Source of the DNA: Paraspadella gotoi
Taxonomy: Eukaryota; Animalia; Chaetognatha
DNA length: 64,000 nucleotides
Assembly: GCA_051294375.1 (NCBI GenBank)
Contig: CM119267.1
Coordinates: 2,863,631 to 2,927,630, forward strand
Direction: 5' to 3'
The notes below the pieces were generated by a model that had not been told where the DNA came from, searched no databases, and saw only the letters and a list, made by a program, of their open reading frames with translations. A program made the position numbers and the translations under genes. How positions within the stretch are numbered: the stretch's first letter is position 1; each line of letters starts with the position of its first letter. Below are positions 1-12,887 of the stretch, one piece after another.

Positions 1-368
1 TCACCCCATACACTCATGAGTAATTGGTATTCAAAATTTCAAATTATAAAATATATTTGTTTTTTCCATTTAAACTCATTTTCACTCGGACGATTCCATC
101 CAAATTTTATATCCAACTCAATCACACACTTCCCCACCCACACACAAAATTTCATTTCAATCCATCCATCCAATCACGAGTAATTGGTGTTTTTTGCTAA
201 GGTGGGACGGACGGACAGACAAACAAATATTTTTTTTGGCATAATTTATCATAATTCGATGTTCTGACATGATAAGTGAATGCCCGATAATATTGAGGGG
301 GCGGACCGACGGACCAACAAAGTGAATTATAGAGTCGGGATCTGCTTATAAGCAGATCCGACTAAAAA
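1..368 (-). mobile_element. DINE-1/HINE-like (Helentron-associated) non-autonomous element, family A, 5' part; truncated by window edge
   Basis: Terminal hairpin GTCGGGATCTGC-TTATAA-GCAGATCCGAC followed by TAAAAA at 334-368, (GGAC/AGAC)n microsatellite at ~205-220 and the same central repeat as 60520-63429 in reverse orientation. Confidence 0.75.
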
Positions 369-1120
369 GTCGTCTGGTTAAAAGTTAAACGTATGGCCGA
401 TTCTAAGAAAAAGAGAAAAGCTTTTCTTTTTTCCTTTCGCCGAGGCCTCAATTCTGACACAAGAACGCGGCCGGGTCATCGAGATGAAAAGCCAGGGAGA
501 TTTATTGAGTTCCCAGTTGTTGAGTCTGGAATTCGGATATCCGAAGAAAGAAAGATAAACGTCAGAAGGAGTGAAGACCGATAACATCTTTTAAGTTAGA
601 AAACAGTTGGTTTTTGGGGAAACTGAAACTACTCGATGTCGGGATCAGGGACGGGTGATTTATGGCTTCTTTCCCACCCCATTTTCCATGATAATATTTG
701 TTTATAAAAAATTCAATGTTGCACCAGTACCTCGTTGAAATTTACGCGCTAATAGTGTGTACTGCTTAATGCTTAGTGCTTATAGCGTAATGATTTTTTT
801 TTTTAACACTTCACTTGCGAAATCAATTGAATTGAAAAATTTTTTCCTTCGGAACGCTCGCGGAGGTTCGGCTAAAAAAAAATAAATTCTCCAAGCTCTG
901 CGCCGGCTGAGGCTTCTTATAAAGCCGCAATGCAATTGAGCCCTCGTTGCTTCGGTAACTGGAAATAAAAGGTTCACACGTTTGTGCGAGAAAATCTCGA
1001 CAATAAACAAAGGAATAAACAGTTCAATACAACAGCCTTAAAAAACTCGGGCATTTATTTTTTCTACACGAAGCTTCGCCCGAAGACTCGCCGTCAACCT
1101 TCAAATCTTCCCTGAAAGGA

Positions 1121-1460
1121 GGGGTAGCCCCACTCAATGGAGTGAATCAGAAATATAGAGCGAGTACAGGCGAAAATTCATACATTTTTTTATAATAATT
1201 GTTTATATAGATCTATACCTTAATAATGATTTTTTTATATTTATTTTCAGATAGGAAAGGTTAAAAATTATTTTTTAAATTTTTAAATATTAAGATGGCT
1301 TATAAAAAGTTATCTACACAAAGTATAATTTTTTAAAAAATCTTTTGAAGAAAAACCGTAAAAAATCTTCATCTTTCGATGATTTTATTAGTTTTTTTAT
1401 ATTTTTACTGAGAAAGCGTTAGTTTTTAAAAACTGTAATTATATTTTTTATTTTTTATTC
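1121..1460 (+). repeat. Dispersed AT-rich repeat family C (GGGGTAGCCCC terminus), probable DNA-transposon remnant
   Basis: GGGGTAGCCCCACTCAATGG...AGAGCGAGTACA...TCTACACAAAGTATAATT also seen at 5400 onward and inverted at 39625-40062. Right end approximate. Confidence 0.6.
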
Positions 1461-1758
1461 ATAATTTATTTTTTGTAAAATAAATAATATATCATGAGAT
1501 ATTTAATGGCTATCTTTACGATTAGACCCCTACAGCGGCCTATGGGAAAAAGAAGAAGAAGAAAAGAGATATTGAAGATATTGAAAAGATATTGAAAACG
1601 TTGATTATATTAGAATTTAAAATAATTAATAAGGGTTAAAGTAACAGATTCCTTTTTTTTAAATCAAATTAATATTCTATTCATTAAATTTTAAATAGTT
1701 TAATAAATATAAATAGTTTAATAAATATTATAATATAAAATAATATAAATTTATAATA

Positions 1759-2780
1759 AACAAGTTTGAGCAAACAATTCGATCTGCCTACGATAATTTT
1801 ATTAATTAATTGATTAATTAATTAATTAATTAATAGATTAATTAATTATTAATAGATTAATTAATTAATTAATTATAATTAATTTAATAGATAATTATAA
1901 TTATATATTCAGCTTGTCATCATGCGATGTCCTAAAATTGAGTCAGGACAGTTATTAAATGTTTTGTTTACATTTTATCAAAACAAACAAATATCCTCTA
2001 TTATCGAGCCAGGCGGGCAAAGCCCTCCTGTCTAGATTTTTTTTTCGGTGCTCGGCTCGCTTTTTTTGCAATCATGGCTTCTGAAAGTGTGATATCATAG
2101 GGAGTTGAATTTTCATATATGCGTTCTATCATAAGATCTTTAAAATTCTCATGTTTCATATCAATATTGGTATTTGTTTATGTTTTATTTACAAACAAAA
2201 ACGTTTTAATTATATGTCGCTCTCTCTCTCTCTCTTTTCTCCGTCACTGCTTCTTCCAAAAAACGAGTTCCGGCTCTGCAGCGTCTGTCCAGATTCTTTC
2301 TCTCTTCTCTCATCTCTCTCTCTCTTTTTTTTTACAAAAAGTTTTTTAGATTAATGTGGGTTCACTAATGTAAAAACGATGCCGCGAAACAGGGCGCGAA
2401 CCCGGTCCTTGGGTAGAGAATAGCTCACGCTACGTGCGGCGCCATAAGTACGGCTGATTCCTTTACAGAGTAAAGGGGCTGTAGAGCTTCTCTCTCTCTC
2501 TCTTTTTAATATATTATATATCGCTCTTTCTCTTTCTCGTTTTTCTCTGCAGCGGCTGTCTCTCTCTTCTCTCTTTTCTCTCTCTCTTCTCTGTCTCTCT
2601 GTCTCTCTGTGTGTTCTGTCTATCTGTCCGATCTTTTGCTTGATCGTTTGTTTTTTGAAAAATTCTGATTATTTTTTTTTTTCTTCTAAAACTTTTTATT
2701 ATGCATTTATTCCGCGCTTTTTTTCAATACAAAATCCCATCATTTTCATCCGAGATTTTCCGTGGATTATTCTCTTTCTT

Positions 2781-2812
<32 letters not shown>

Positions 2813-2829
2813 CTCTTCTTTCTCTCTCT

Positions 2830-2865
<36 letters not shown>

Positions 2866-4397
2866 ACTCATACACGCTTTGTTTGTTTTATTGATATATG
2901 CATCAATGAATGAATCATCGCATCAATGAAGACAAATCATCGAATCAATGAATGACAATCATCGCATCACTGATGACTATCATCACAGCAGTGAATGACT
3001 TCATCGATCAATAATTGATTTATCGATCATAATCAATTCCTATTACATCATAAATTACTATTACATCAATCAATTAGTATTACCCAATCAATTACTAGTA
3101 CATAACAATTCGTTATCGCATGATCTTCGTTTTTTTCCCGGTTTTTTCCATTAATTTTCTATGATAGTGGGCTCTGGCTCGATCTGATCTTTTAAGATTT
3201 TTTTATTTTATGTCTCCTTCTCTCTCTACTCTCTCTCGGATCTCTCTCTCTTTCTCTTTACTTCTCTTTCTCTCACTCTCTTTTCTTCTCTCTCTTTTTA
3301 TGCTAGCGACGATCCTTATGGCTTTTAAGGTTTTTTTTTAACTGCCATCATTTTTTCAATTGATAATTTTTTCAACTTGCATTCCGTCAAAAATTTATAT
3401 CTAGTCTCTTCAACTCACTTCCTACCGGCTTACAAAATTTATCTCAATTATAATGGGTTAAGAATAAATAAAAATTCAGTAAGTGACTCATAGTTTTTTC
3501 ATTAAACTCATTTCCACTGTTAGTTTCCATGAAACTTTATATCAAGCTCGTCACGTTTTCTACCCACACACAAATTTTCAACTCATAATCTATCATCCAT
3601 TATGAATTAATTGAGTATTTAATTGGGTTAAAATAATAAAAAGATTTTAGTAAATTCGACTTATGTTTTTTCTATTAAACTAATTCACTCACACGATTCC
3701 TATCGAATTTATATCAGACTTTTAATCACAACACTTCCTACCACACAAAATTTAATTCCATCAAACAGCAATCACGAGTTATTGGAGCTTATTTGTAAGA
3801 TGGGACGATGGATGGATTGATTACTAATTAATTAATATTGATTAATTTATTTACTAATTGATTAATTAACTGATTAATTATTTGATTATTAATACATCTG
3901 CATTACATTTAATATAAGAAAAAAACAATCAATTATAAAACAGGTTTTTTTTTTTTCATTTAACTCATTTCCACTCAAACATTCCATCGAAACTTGATTT
4001 CGCTTAATCACATACTTTCTACCACATACAAAAGTTCAGGTCAATCAGCCTCATCCACTATGAGAATTGTGTTAAATATTAATATATTTTTTTTGTTTTT
4101 TCCATTTAAACTCTTTTACTGGACGATTCCATCAAACTTCATATCCAGCTCAATCACAACTTACCTACCAACACACAAATTTATTCTAATCCATCCATCC
4201 AATCACGAGTAATTGGTGTTTTTTGCTAAGTAAGGACGAGACAGGACAAGACGACGGACATATTTTTTTTGCATATTTATATAATTCGATTCTGACATGA
4301 TATATAGTGTGCCCGACAATATTGAGGGGCGGACCGACGGACGAATAGAAAGTGATTATAGAGTCGGGATCTGCTAATAAGCAGATCCAACTAAAAA
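1759..4397 (-). mobile_element. DINE-1/HINE-like element, family A, full length, interrupted by a nested element
   Basis: Begins AACAAGTTTGAGCAAACAATTCGATCTGCC (reverse of the 3' subTIR + stem-loop) and ends GTCGGGATCTGCTAATAAGCAGATCCAACTAAAAA; collinear in reverse with 60520-63429. Confidence 0.8.
2002..3200 (+). mobile_element. HINE-like element, family B, nested inside family A copy
   Basis: SubTIRs ATCGAGCCAG (2003) / CTGGCTCGAT (3174), 3' stem-loop ATCTT-TT-AAGAT; removing it restores ATATCCTCTATTTTATTTTATGTCTCCTTC, which is uninterrupted (reverse) at ~63181-63210; shares sequence with 19901-20822. Confidence 0.7.
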
Positions 4398-4483
4398 TAA
4401 AAACGTTATATAATTTTCTAACATAATTAAAGCTATGCTTAGTTAGATAAGTTTTTAAATGAATATGTTTAATTTAATAATTA

Positions 4484-5163
4484 TTTTTAGTTGGATCTGC
4501 TATTAGCAGATCCCGACTCTATAATTCACTTTATCGGTCTGTCGGTCCACCTCTTCAATATTGTCGGGAATTCATTTATATCATGTCAGAACATCGAATT
4601 ATAATAATTTATGCAAAAAAAATAATGTCCGTCTGTCTGTCTGTCCATCCTTAGCAAAAAATACCACTTACTCGTGATTGGATGGATGGATTAGAATAAA
4701 ATTTTGTATGTGGGTAAGGAAGTATGTGATTGAGCTGGATATGAAGTTTCAATGGAATCGTCCAAATAAAAATTAGTTTAAATGGAAAAAACAAAAAAAT
4801 CTATTTTATTATTTAAACATCAATTATTCACGAGTGGATGAGGCGATTGACCTGAACTATTTTATGTAGGTAGGAAAGTATGTGATTAAGCTGGAAATCA
4901 AGTTTCGATGGAATCGTTTGAGTGGAAATGAGTTTAAATTAAAAAAAAACCTGTTTTATTAATTGATTGTTTTTTTTATATTAAATGTAAATGCAAGATG
5001 TATTAATAATTCAATTAATTAATAATAAATTAATCAGTCAATCAATCAAAACAAATATTTTGGATTAAAAATTAATCAAATTAATTAATTAATTTGAATT
5101 ATTAGTTAATTAATTACCGATAATTATCGTGGGCAGATCCGACATTGTTTGCTCAAACTTGTT
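4484..5163 (+). mobile_element. DINE-1/HINE-like element, family A, short copy
   Basis: 5' TTTTTAGTTGGATCTGC-TATTA-GCAGATCCCGAC, (GTCY)n at ~4627, central repeats, 3' GCAGATCCGAC-ATTGTTTGCTCAAACTTGTT. Confidence 0.8.
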
Positions 5164-5399
5164 AATTTAAAAGTTATTTTTAATTTTAAACTTATCCCTA
5201 ACAACCCCCAAACTTATTCTTAATCTTAAATTTATCTTTATTTAAAATTATTATTTTAAATTAAATTTATTTTTTATTTAAAATTATTTTTAACCCAAAA
5301 TTTTATTTATAAATAAGTTAACCTTGTACTTCCTATTTTTACAAGCCGATATAAGGGTCTCAAATTAAACAAAGCCAAATAAATGTTTTACAGATTATA

Positions 5400-5900
5400 G
5401 GGGTAGCCTAACTCAATGGGGCAAATCAAAAATTTAGAGCGAGTACATGCTCAAACGAATATTTAAACATTTTTAAGAATACTTTCAATGGACAAAAAAT
5501 TTTTAATATGGCTCTATACCCTAATAATTAATTTTTTAATATTTATTAATATTTATTTATAGATAGGAAAGGCCAAAATTTTTTTTAGAATTTTACAATT
5601 TTAAGACCAGATTCAGATCGCCCATAAAAAGTCATCTACACAAAGTATAATTCTTTTTAAAATATTTTTATGATAAGTGTGTCAAAAATAAGAAAAACTG
5701 TAAAAAATTATCATTATCATCTTTCGATGATTTTATCAGTTTTTTATATTTTCACATAGAAAAAGTAAGAATTTTTAAAAGCTGTAATTATATTTTTTGT
5801 TTAACTTTTTATGCTATATCAGAATCTATCAAAAAACTTTAAGATTTCCCCCAAAAAATGTTTGCTCTATATAGTAATATAATATTTTTAATTTGGTTAA
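5400..5900 (+). repeat. Repeat family C copy (a further partial copy lies at ~6600-6900)
   Basis: GGGGTAGCCTAACTCAATGGGG start, collinear with 1121-1460 and reverse of 39625-40062. Right end approximate. Confidence 0.6.
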
Positions 5901-6733
5901 TACCTTCAGAAGAAAGCATTTTTGACAAAAATATTTGAATACCATAATCTATAGATATGATAGATTATTTTAACGCTGTATACATTAGCATTTAAATTTC
6001 ATCGGTTATGGCTATTAGTGAAATGTTTATAATATATAAAAAATTGCAAAATTATTTTTTATTATTTTTATTATTATATTTTATAAAGGTTTTATTATTT
6101 AATTTATATTATTTATTTATATATATTATTTTTTTTTAAATTTAATTATCATTGTACATCAATGTTTATAATTCATATTTGTACAATCACGATATCATCA
6201 AAAATGTTTTTACAAAAAAGTTATTAACAATTATTTATTTTTTAATACCAGCAAGTTGCCGGTTTTTGTTTATTAGGTCCCAGGCCTTCCTAAAGATCAA
6301 TACGCTCTGGAAGCATATGAAAAATGACGAGTAAGAATTTTTTTAAAGAATTAATGGAATAAGCAGAGGAAAGAAAGAAATGCAACGGAAGAGGATAATT
6401 TTTTGGAAAATAATAATTAATAAATAATAATAAAAATAATAAAAGAATTCAGATATCATATTTTTTTAAAATTTGTTATTTTTATTGAATGACGTTTTAA
6501 TGTTTTACCAAAAGTAACAATCAAATAATTTGGTTCAGAAACAACTTTAAAGGGATATAATCATCACGAGACCATTTCGACACATTATTTTTCATTGTCA
6601 TATATTAATTTTTTGATATTTATTTATAAATAGGAAAGGCTAAAAGTTTTTTTAGGATTTTTTTATTTTTAAGATCAGATTCAGGAAGCTTGTAAAAAGT
6701 TATTTGCACAAAGTATCTTTCGATATATCGATA

Positions 6734-9700
6734 ATTTTATTACTTTTTTGTAATTTTGACCAAGAAAGCATAAATTTTTTAAAAGTTGTAATTATATTTT
6801 TATTTAACTTTTTATGCTCTATCAGAATCCATCAAAAAAAGTTAAGATTGATTTTTTAAAAAAATTATCATTATATAGTAATATTGTAATTTTGATAGCA
6901 ACAATAAAAGCATTAAAATCGAACTTTTTTCAAAAAATTCTTTTTTTACCTGAAAGTAGACTTAAAGATTAAAGTTTTGAACCCCCGCCCCTATCGAATT
7001 TAATTTCATAGTAGATTTTTAATTCAACTCTGGGATCGCAAGGTCCCGTAAAGCGCAATCAAGTTTACTCTTGTTTTTAATTAAGAATTTTGCTTTAATC
7101 TAATTTTAAAAGCGAGCTGTACGAGGACCAGAGACCTGAGGACGAATCATAAAGGTATTTTTAAAAGTATCATTTTTATCACGGAAGCAGCAACTTTGTG
7201 AAATTCTAACCTTGAGCTCATTGATCACGGATGAGTTGGATCATAGATTGTGAAAAGTCGAGTGGACGACTCCGGATTTTCTCTTCCTCCTCTTCACACT
7301 TCTATTTGCATCCTCCTCTTCATCTTCTTCTCCCATCTCTTTCGGCAACGCTGTGCTCTCTCTCTCGCTCCGTCCCCACAATATATGTGAACTGTTCTTT
7401 CATTACTCATTGTATTATTTTTTTTTCAAAGGCAGCCGGAGTTGCTTGACTTTGTTCCCTGATCTCTTTTTTTTTATTTTCCTTTGTTGTTCACGCTTAT
7501 TGTTGACATAAGATCTTTTTGCAGCCATTCCCGTAATTATTTGTTTGTTTTTCTTTTCAGAAAAAAAAAAGGCAGCCGCTGAATTTTTTTTTACCTTCGT
7601 GGGCTCACCTTCAGATTATTGGAATCGCTTTTTTTATCTCCTAAAATATTTATATCACATTTATATATTATCTACTCGTCATTATTTTTTAACTTAATCT
7701 TAAATGAAAATTCAAAGAATCGTAGTTAATTGCGTCAAAACACAAATTGAGGAATCCTAGGAAGTTTTTCAGTAGTTCGTATTAGCTAAACTCAAGTTAA
7801 ACCGAACCTTGTACATTTAATTTTTTTTTATTTTTAGGAATAGTCCACCATAGATCTTTCTTTTCGGAAGCGTAAAGATAATATTTAAAGAAATAATTTT
7901 TTAAAAAATGATATTTATCAAATTTGTTTCACTCCAAAAAATCTTATCGGCATATTGAATGAGAGAATAAGACAAGATAATAACTGTTAGTGATAAATAT
8001 TTTTTATTCGTCAGCATATACTTTGAATTTTCTGCAGAAGTAAATTTAATTATCATAAATAAAGTATCGACGATTATACGTTTCCTATGTTACAAAAAAA
8101 ATAACTAAATAACTAAATGCACTTTGCACAATCAAGATTTGCGTCAATTTTTATCTAAGAATATTTTTGCTATCATGATGTGATAATAAAACTTTAATTT
8201 TACTTTTTCGTTCTCAGGTTCACTTTTAAATAATAGAGATGTCGACGACTTCCTGTCCTCTCTGCTCTCGGTCTTACCCAGCCGGGATTCCCTCCAAGCA
8301 CCTTCCACCTCCCCCGCGGACTGCGCCGCCTGTCGGTCCTTCGCCGACGCCCTAGATCGCCTGGCGATAAATTCGAAGCTGATCTCCGAGGACAAAGACG
8401 ACTTCGTACCCTGCTCCTTCACATGGATGACGACGGAATTCTCAAGCGGCACTTGGACACCAGACACCGATGTCACTTGTGCCTTGAGAACTGCTTCGTT
8501 TTTTTCCTGGATCCCAAGAGGCTTAATGACCATGTCAATTTGCACTTTGCCGAGAGAAAGAACGGCGGTGATTCGGCGTCTAAACATTCGGAAAATCCAA
8601 GATCCTCGTCCTTCTCTCCTCTGTCACGCCTCAAAAACAAAAACGTCCGGCTCTTTGGCCAGCTGCGGAAAAACACTCGGTTCCTTATCGAAAAAATCCG
8701 TGTAGCAATACCGGTACATCTCGTGTTTCTTCTCATAAGACTGCGTCGAAACGGCTTTCTCCAGATCCCCGGCATTCCCATCGATCAGAGCCATCGACGT
8801 CCTCGTCGCCCACTTTGTCTCGGTCGCGGTCGACAACGCCAAGGAAGAGGCCACCTTCCATTTCTATGAAGACGCCGCCTGTGCGTAACAAATCGCCGCC
8901 GTCGAACTTCAAAAACGACCCCAACTTTATCGATCCACCCTTCGCGGGAAAGCTACTCTCAGACACCGCCATCGACAAAAGAGACCACTCCCACGTCGTC
9001 CCCGTCCATATTAAAAACGCCCCTATTTCAATCTCTCGCCATGCAGACTGTGCTATTTGCGACGATGCCGTCTACGCAAGCTACGTCCAGTGGCCGGAGT
9101 GCAAATCTTGCCGCGGCTATTTTGATGCCTGCTCCTTCTTACGTCATAAGCAAGAGATGAATTTCGACCAAAGGATGCATTTTCCTTGCGAGAATCACGA
9201 CGCCCGGATTCTGGACGCCGTCGCCGCCCACATACGCGAAAGTCACGAGTGTCATATTTGTAGAACCTCTCTCCGCAAATTCCAATATTTCCAAAGTCCC
9301 TTCGATCTCGCACTCCATCTTTCGGAATTTCACGGCGAGGATTTTCCGACGCCGCAGCGAACGAGACATCCTCGATCCTCCCTGGAAAAAAACTCCAACC
9401 CCTCATTCGAGAGATCTTCTTCTTCCTCGTCATTTGAACTCGGCATCGCGTTAGACGGGTCCAGTCCCACGTCGTCAGTGGATGACGGACCTCGTCGATT
9501 GGAGGACGTGGAGGAGAATATTCAGGAGATCGCCTTCAACGAAGCAGAAAAGAGCGTTGCCGTCATGGAGATGGGAGACTCGTCGTCGTCGAATAAACCG
9601 TTCCATTCTATCGTCAAGAATCTAAAGCGGCTCTTGGCACCAGGAGCTCTGGATCCGTTCTTAGTGCGGTACGCCGCAGTGGATGGATTTTTTCCGGTCA

Positions 9701-11348
9701 AGGCGCTTCGTTTTAAAGGCGTGGCCCGTAACGTCGAGCTCATCGTCGAAGCGGTTGAGAATTGCCGAGAGTTTGAACTGAATGAGGACAAGACGATGCT
9801 GAGGTGGAAACGCGGCGACGGTGGCGCTCCAGGAGCAGGTGTCCGTGGAGGAGCAGGTAACGCTTCGTGCGGCGGCGGCAGGGGTCCAAACATTTCTAAA
9901 GTTAAGGACAATAAAACGGGAAAAAAACTACGAAGTCCAAAAACCTTTTTCTACTCATGAGCAAACTCCCAAAATCAGAAATGTAATCACTAATGACCAA
10001 AAAAGCGGAGTCATTTGCAAAAAGCGAAGATGTAGAAAATAACAAATCAAAATCGAAGGAATCTGAGAACAACGAGCGACAATTGGACCATCGAGGAGCG
10101 ACAATGTCACGACGGTTCTCGAAAAGAAAATTCCACTGAAATCGTTCGACAAAAAAGTGAAAATAAAAAACAAAGAAAAAAAACGAAAAATTCCAGAAAT
10201 ACCGACGCGGAAGTGGAACTTGAGAAGCGAAACGAGTTCTAAAAAGTCTCAATCGAAAACTGATTCATCGTCGGTCAATGTTAAAATAAGATATCACGAC
10301 GAGAAAGGTCCAAAGTTCAACTCCGAAGAAACTGATTCATCGAAAGAGCGTTACGCTCCCGAGATCATCCCGGACGCCGACGTAAAAAATCTCTACCCCT
10401 AATCGAAGATCCTAAGATTAAACCGACGGCAGAGGGAATCGAATCTCAGTTGGCAACGAGCTTGAAATCAAATGAAATCCATGAAAATCCTCAGAACTTT
10501 CGGAATCTCAAAAAGTTAATTTGATTGTTGAAGAGAGTAATGAAAAAAAACACTGACGAAAAAAGTTTGCGGGAAATATGAAACGAATGAGAAAACTGTT
10601 CATTTGTCAGTAATCGACTCTTTACAATTTGATGCTAATGAAGCTCGAAATTCCACTAAATTGACTAATATAGAGAATGATGAAATTGTGAATGATGAAT
10701 GTTTTAATTTAGAAATCGTTAAACTTTTAGACGAAGTGTTAACAAAGGTTGATCTAATAGAAGCATCGCGCATATGCCTTTCAAAAGACAAACCGAGTTC
10801 GAGAAGGAAAGTTTCTCTCACAGTATTTGACGAAAATGAGCTTACCCGAAATAATGCGGAAGAACCGGAGGTTCTCACTATGAGCAAAGTCCCGCGAATG
10901 GGTGACGTCGTCCTGGTTGATATTGTTTTTCCTGAGGACAAATATTGCAAGCTATGCGAAATTCTTTTCGACGACGAGATGCAATATAAAAGTCATACTG
11001 CGTCGAGCACCTAAAGACATGGGCCTGCGAACTTTGCGGGGCTGAGTTCAATGTGAATAAACATTATCATGATCACTCTATGGTTTGTGGCAAACACAAG
11101 ACGAGAAACAGTTTGGCCGATACTCAACCACCCGTAATCGTAAAACAAGAATGTCCCGTCAAGCTGAAAATCAATATGAAAAATAAGACTGTTACCAACA
11201 TCAGGACCTACTTGGGCGAGGTTCACTTTTGCCACTGCAAGCTCGAGTTCCCCTCGTTAGCCCAGCTGCGAAGACACCAGAAAAGAGTTCACGATGCTAA
11301 ACTTTTCAGCTGCCGTCTTTGTCGAAAGAGGTTCCATTCGGAAAACCA
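6734..11348 (+). repeat. 4.6-kb near-identical direct duplicate of 11374-16012, separated by a 25-N gap; probable assembly artefact
   Basis: Sequence after the gap restarts at ATTTTATTACTTTTTTGTAATTTTGACC (=6734); sequence before the gap ends GGAAAACCA (=16012). Differences are mostly 1-nt deletions in the first copy. Confidence 0.9.
8239..11348 (+). pseudogene. Frameshifted, 3'-truncated copy of the 12888-17792 zinc-finger CDS (likely sequencing-error copy rather than true pseudogene)
   Basis: ORF fragments 8423-8869, 8815-9960, 10157-10402, 10604-11014, 11053-11348 reproduce pieces of the 1634-aa protein in shifting frames. Confidence 0.6.
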
Positions 11349-11373
11349 NNNNNNNNNNNNNNNNNNNNNNNNN
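11349..11373. other. Assembly gap (25 N)
   Basis: Run of N. Confidence 1.
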
Positions 11374-12887
11374 ATTTTATTACTTTTTTGTAATTTTGAC
11401 CAAGAAAGCATAAAATTTTTTAAAAGTTGTAATTATATTTTTTATTTAACTTTTTATGCTCTATCAGAATCCATCAAAAAAAGTTAAGATTGATTTTTTA
11501 AAAAAATTATCATTATATAGTAATATTGTAATTTTGATAGCAACAATAAAAGCATTAAAATCGAACTTTTTTCAAAAAATTCTTTTTTTACCTGAAAGTA
11601 GACTTAAAGATTAAGTTTTGAAACCCCCGCCCCTATCGAATTTAATTTCATAGTAGATTTTTAATTCAACTCTGGGATCGCAAGGTCCCGTAAAGCGCAA
11701 TCAAGTTTACTCTTGTTTTTAATTAAGAATTTTGCTTTAATCTAATTTTAAAAGCGAGCTGTACGAGGACCAGAGACCTGAGGACGAATCATAAAGGTAT
11801 TTTTAAAAAGTATCATTTTTATCACGGAAGCAGCAACTTTGTGAAATTCTAACTTGAGCTCATTGATCACGGATGAGTTGGATCATAGATTGTGAAAAGT
11901 CGAGTGGACGACTCCGGATTTTCTCTTCCTCCTCTTCACACTTCTATTTGCATCCTCCTCTTCATCTTCTTCTCCCATCTCTTTCGGCAACGCTGTGCTC
12001 TCTCTCTCGCTCCGTCCCCACAATATAGTGAACTGTTCTTTCATTACTCATTGTATTATTTTTTTTTCAAAGGCAGCCGGAGTTGCTTGACTTTGTTCCC
12101 TGATCTCTTTTTTTTTATTTTCCTTTGTTGTTCACGCTTATTGTTGACATAAGACATTTTTGCAGCCATTCCCGTAATTATTTGTTTGTTTTTCTTTTCA
12201 GAAAAAAAAAAAAGGCAGCCGCTGAATTTTTTTTTACCTTCGTGGGCTCACCTTCAGATTATTGGAATCGCTTTTTTTATCTCCTAAAAATATTTATATC
12301 ACATTTATATATTATCTACTCGTCATTATTTTTTAACTTAATCTTAAATGAAAATTCAAAGAATCGTAGTTAATTGCGTCAAAACACAAATTGAGGAATC
12401 CTAGGAAGTTTTTCAGTAGTTCGTATTAGCTAAACTCAAGTTAAACCGAACCTTGTACATTTAATTTTTTTTTATTTTTTAGGGAATAGTCCACCATAGA
12501 TCTTTCTTTTCGGAAGCGTAAAGATAATATTTAAAGAAATAATTTTTTAAAAAATGATATTTATCAAATTTGTTTCACTCCAAAAAATCTTATCGGCATA
12601 TTGAATGAGAGAATAAGACAAGATAATAACTGTTAGTGATAAATATCTTTTTTATTCGTCAGCATATACTTTGAATTTTCTGCAGAAGTAAATTTAATTA
12701 TCATAAATAAAGTATCGACGATTATACGTTTCCTATGTTACAAAAAAAATAACTAAATAACTAAATGCACTTTGCACAATCAAGATTTGCGTCAATTTTT
12801 ATCTAAGAATATTTTTGCTATCATGATGTGATAATCAAAACTTTAATTTTACTTTTTCGTTCTCAGGTTCACTTTTAAATAATAGAG

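Noticed and set aside
2381-2450. tRNA gene on minus strand
   Set aside because: Only a B-box-like segment; no complete cloverleaf could be drawn.
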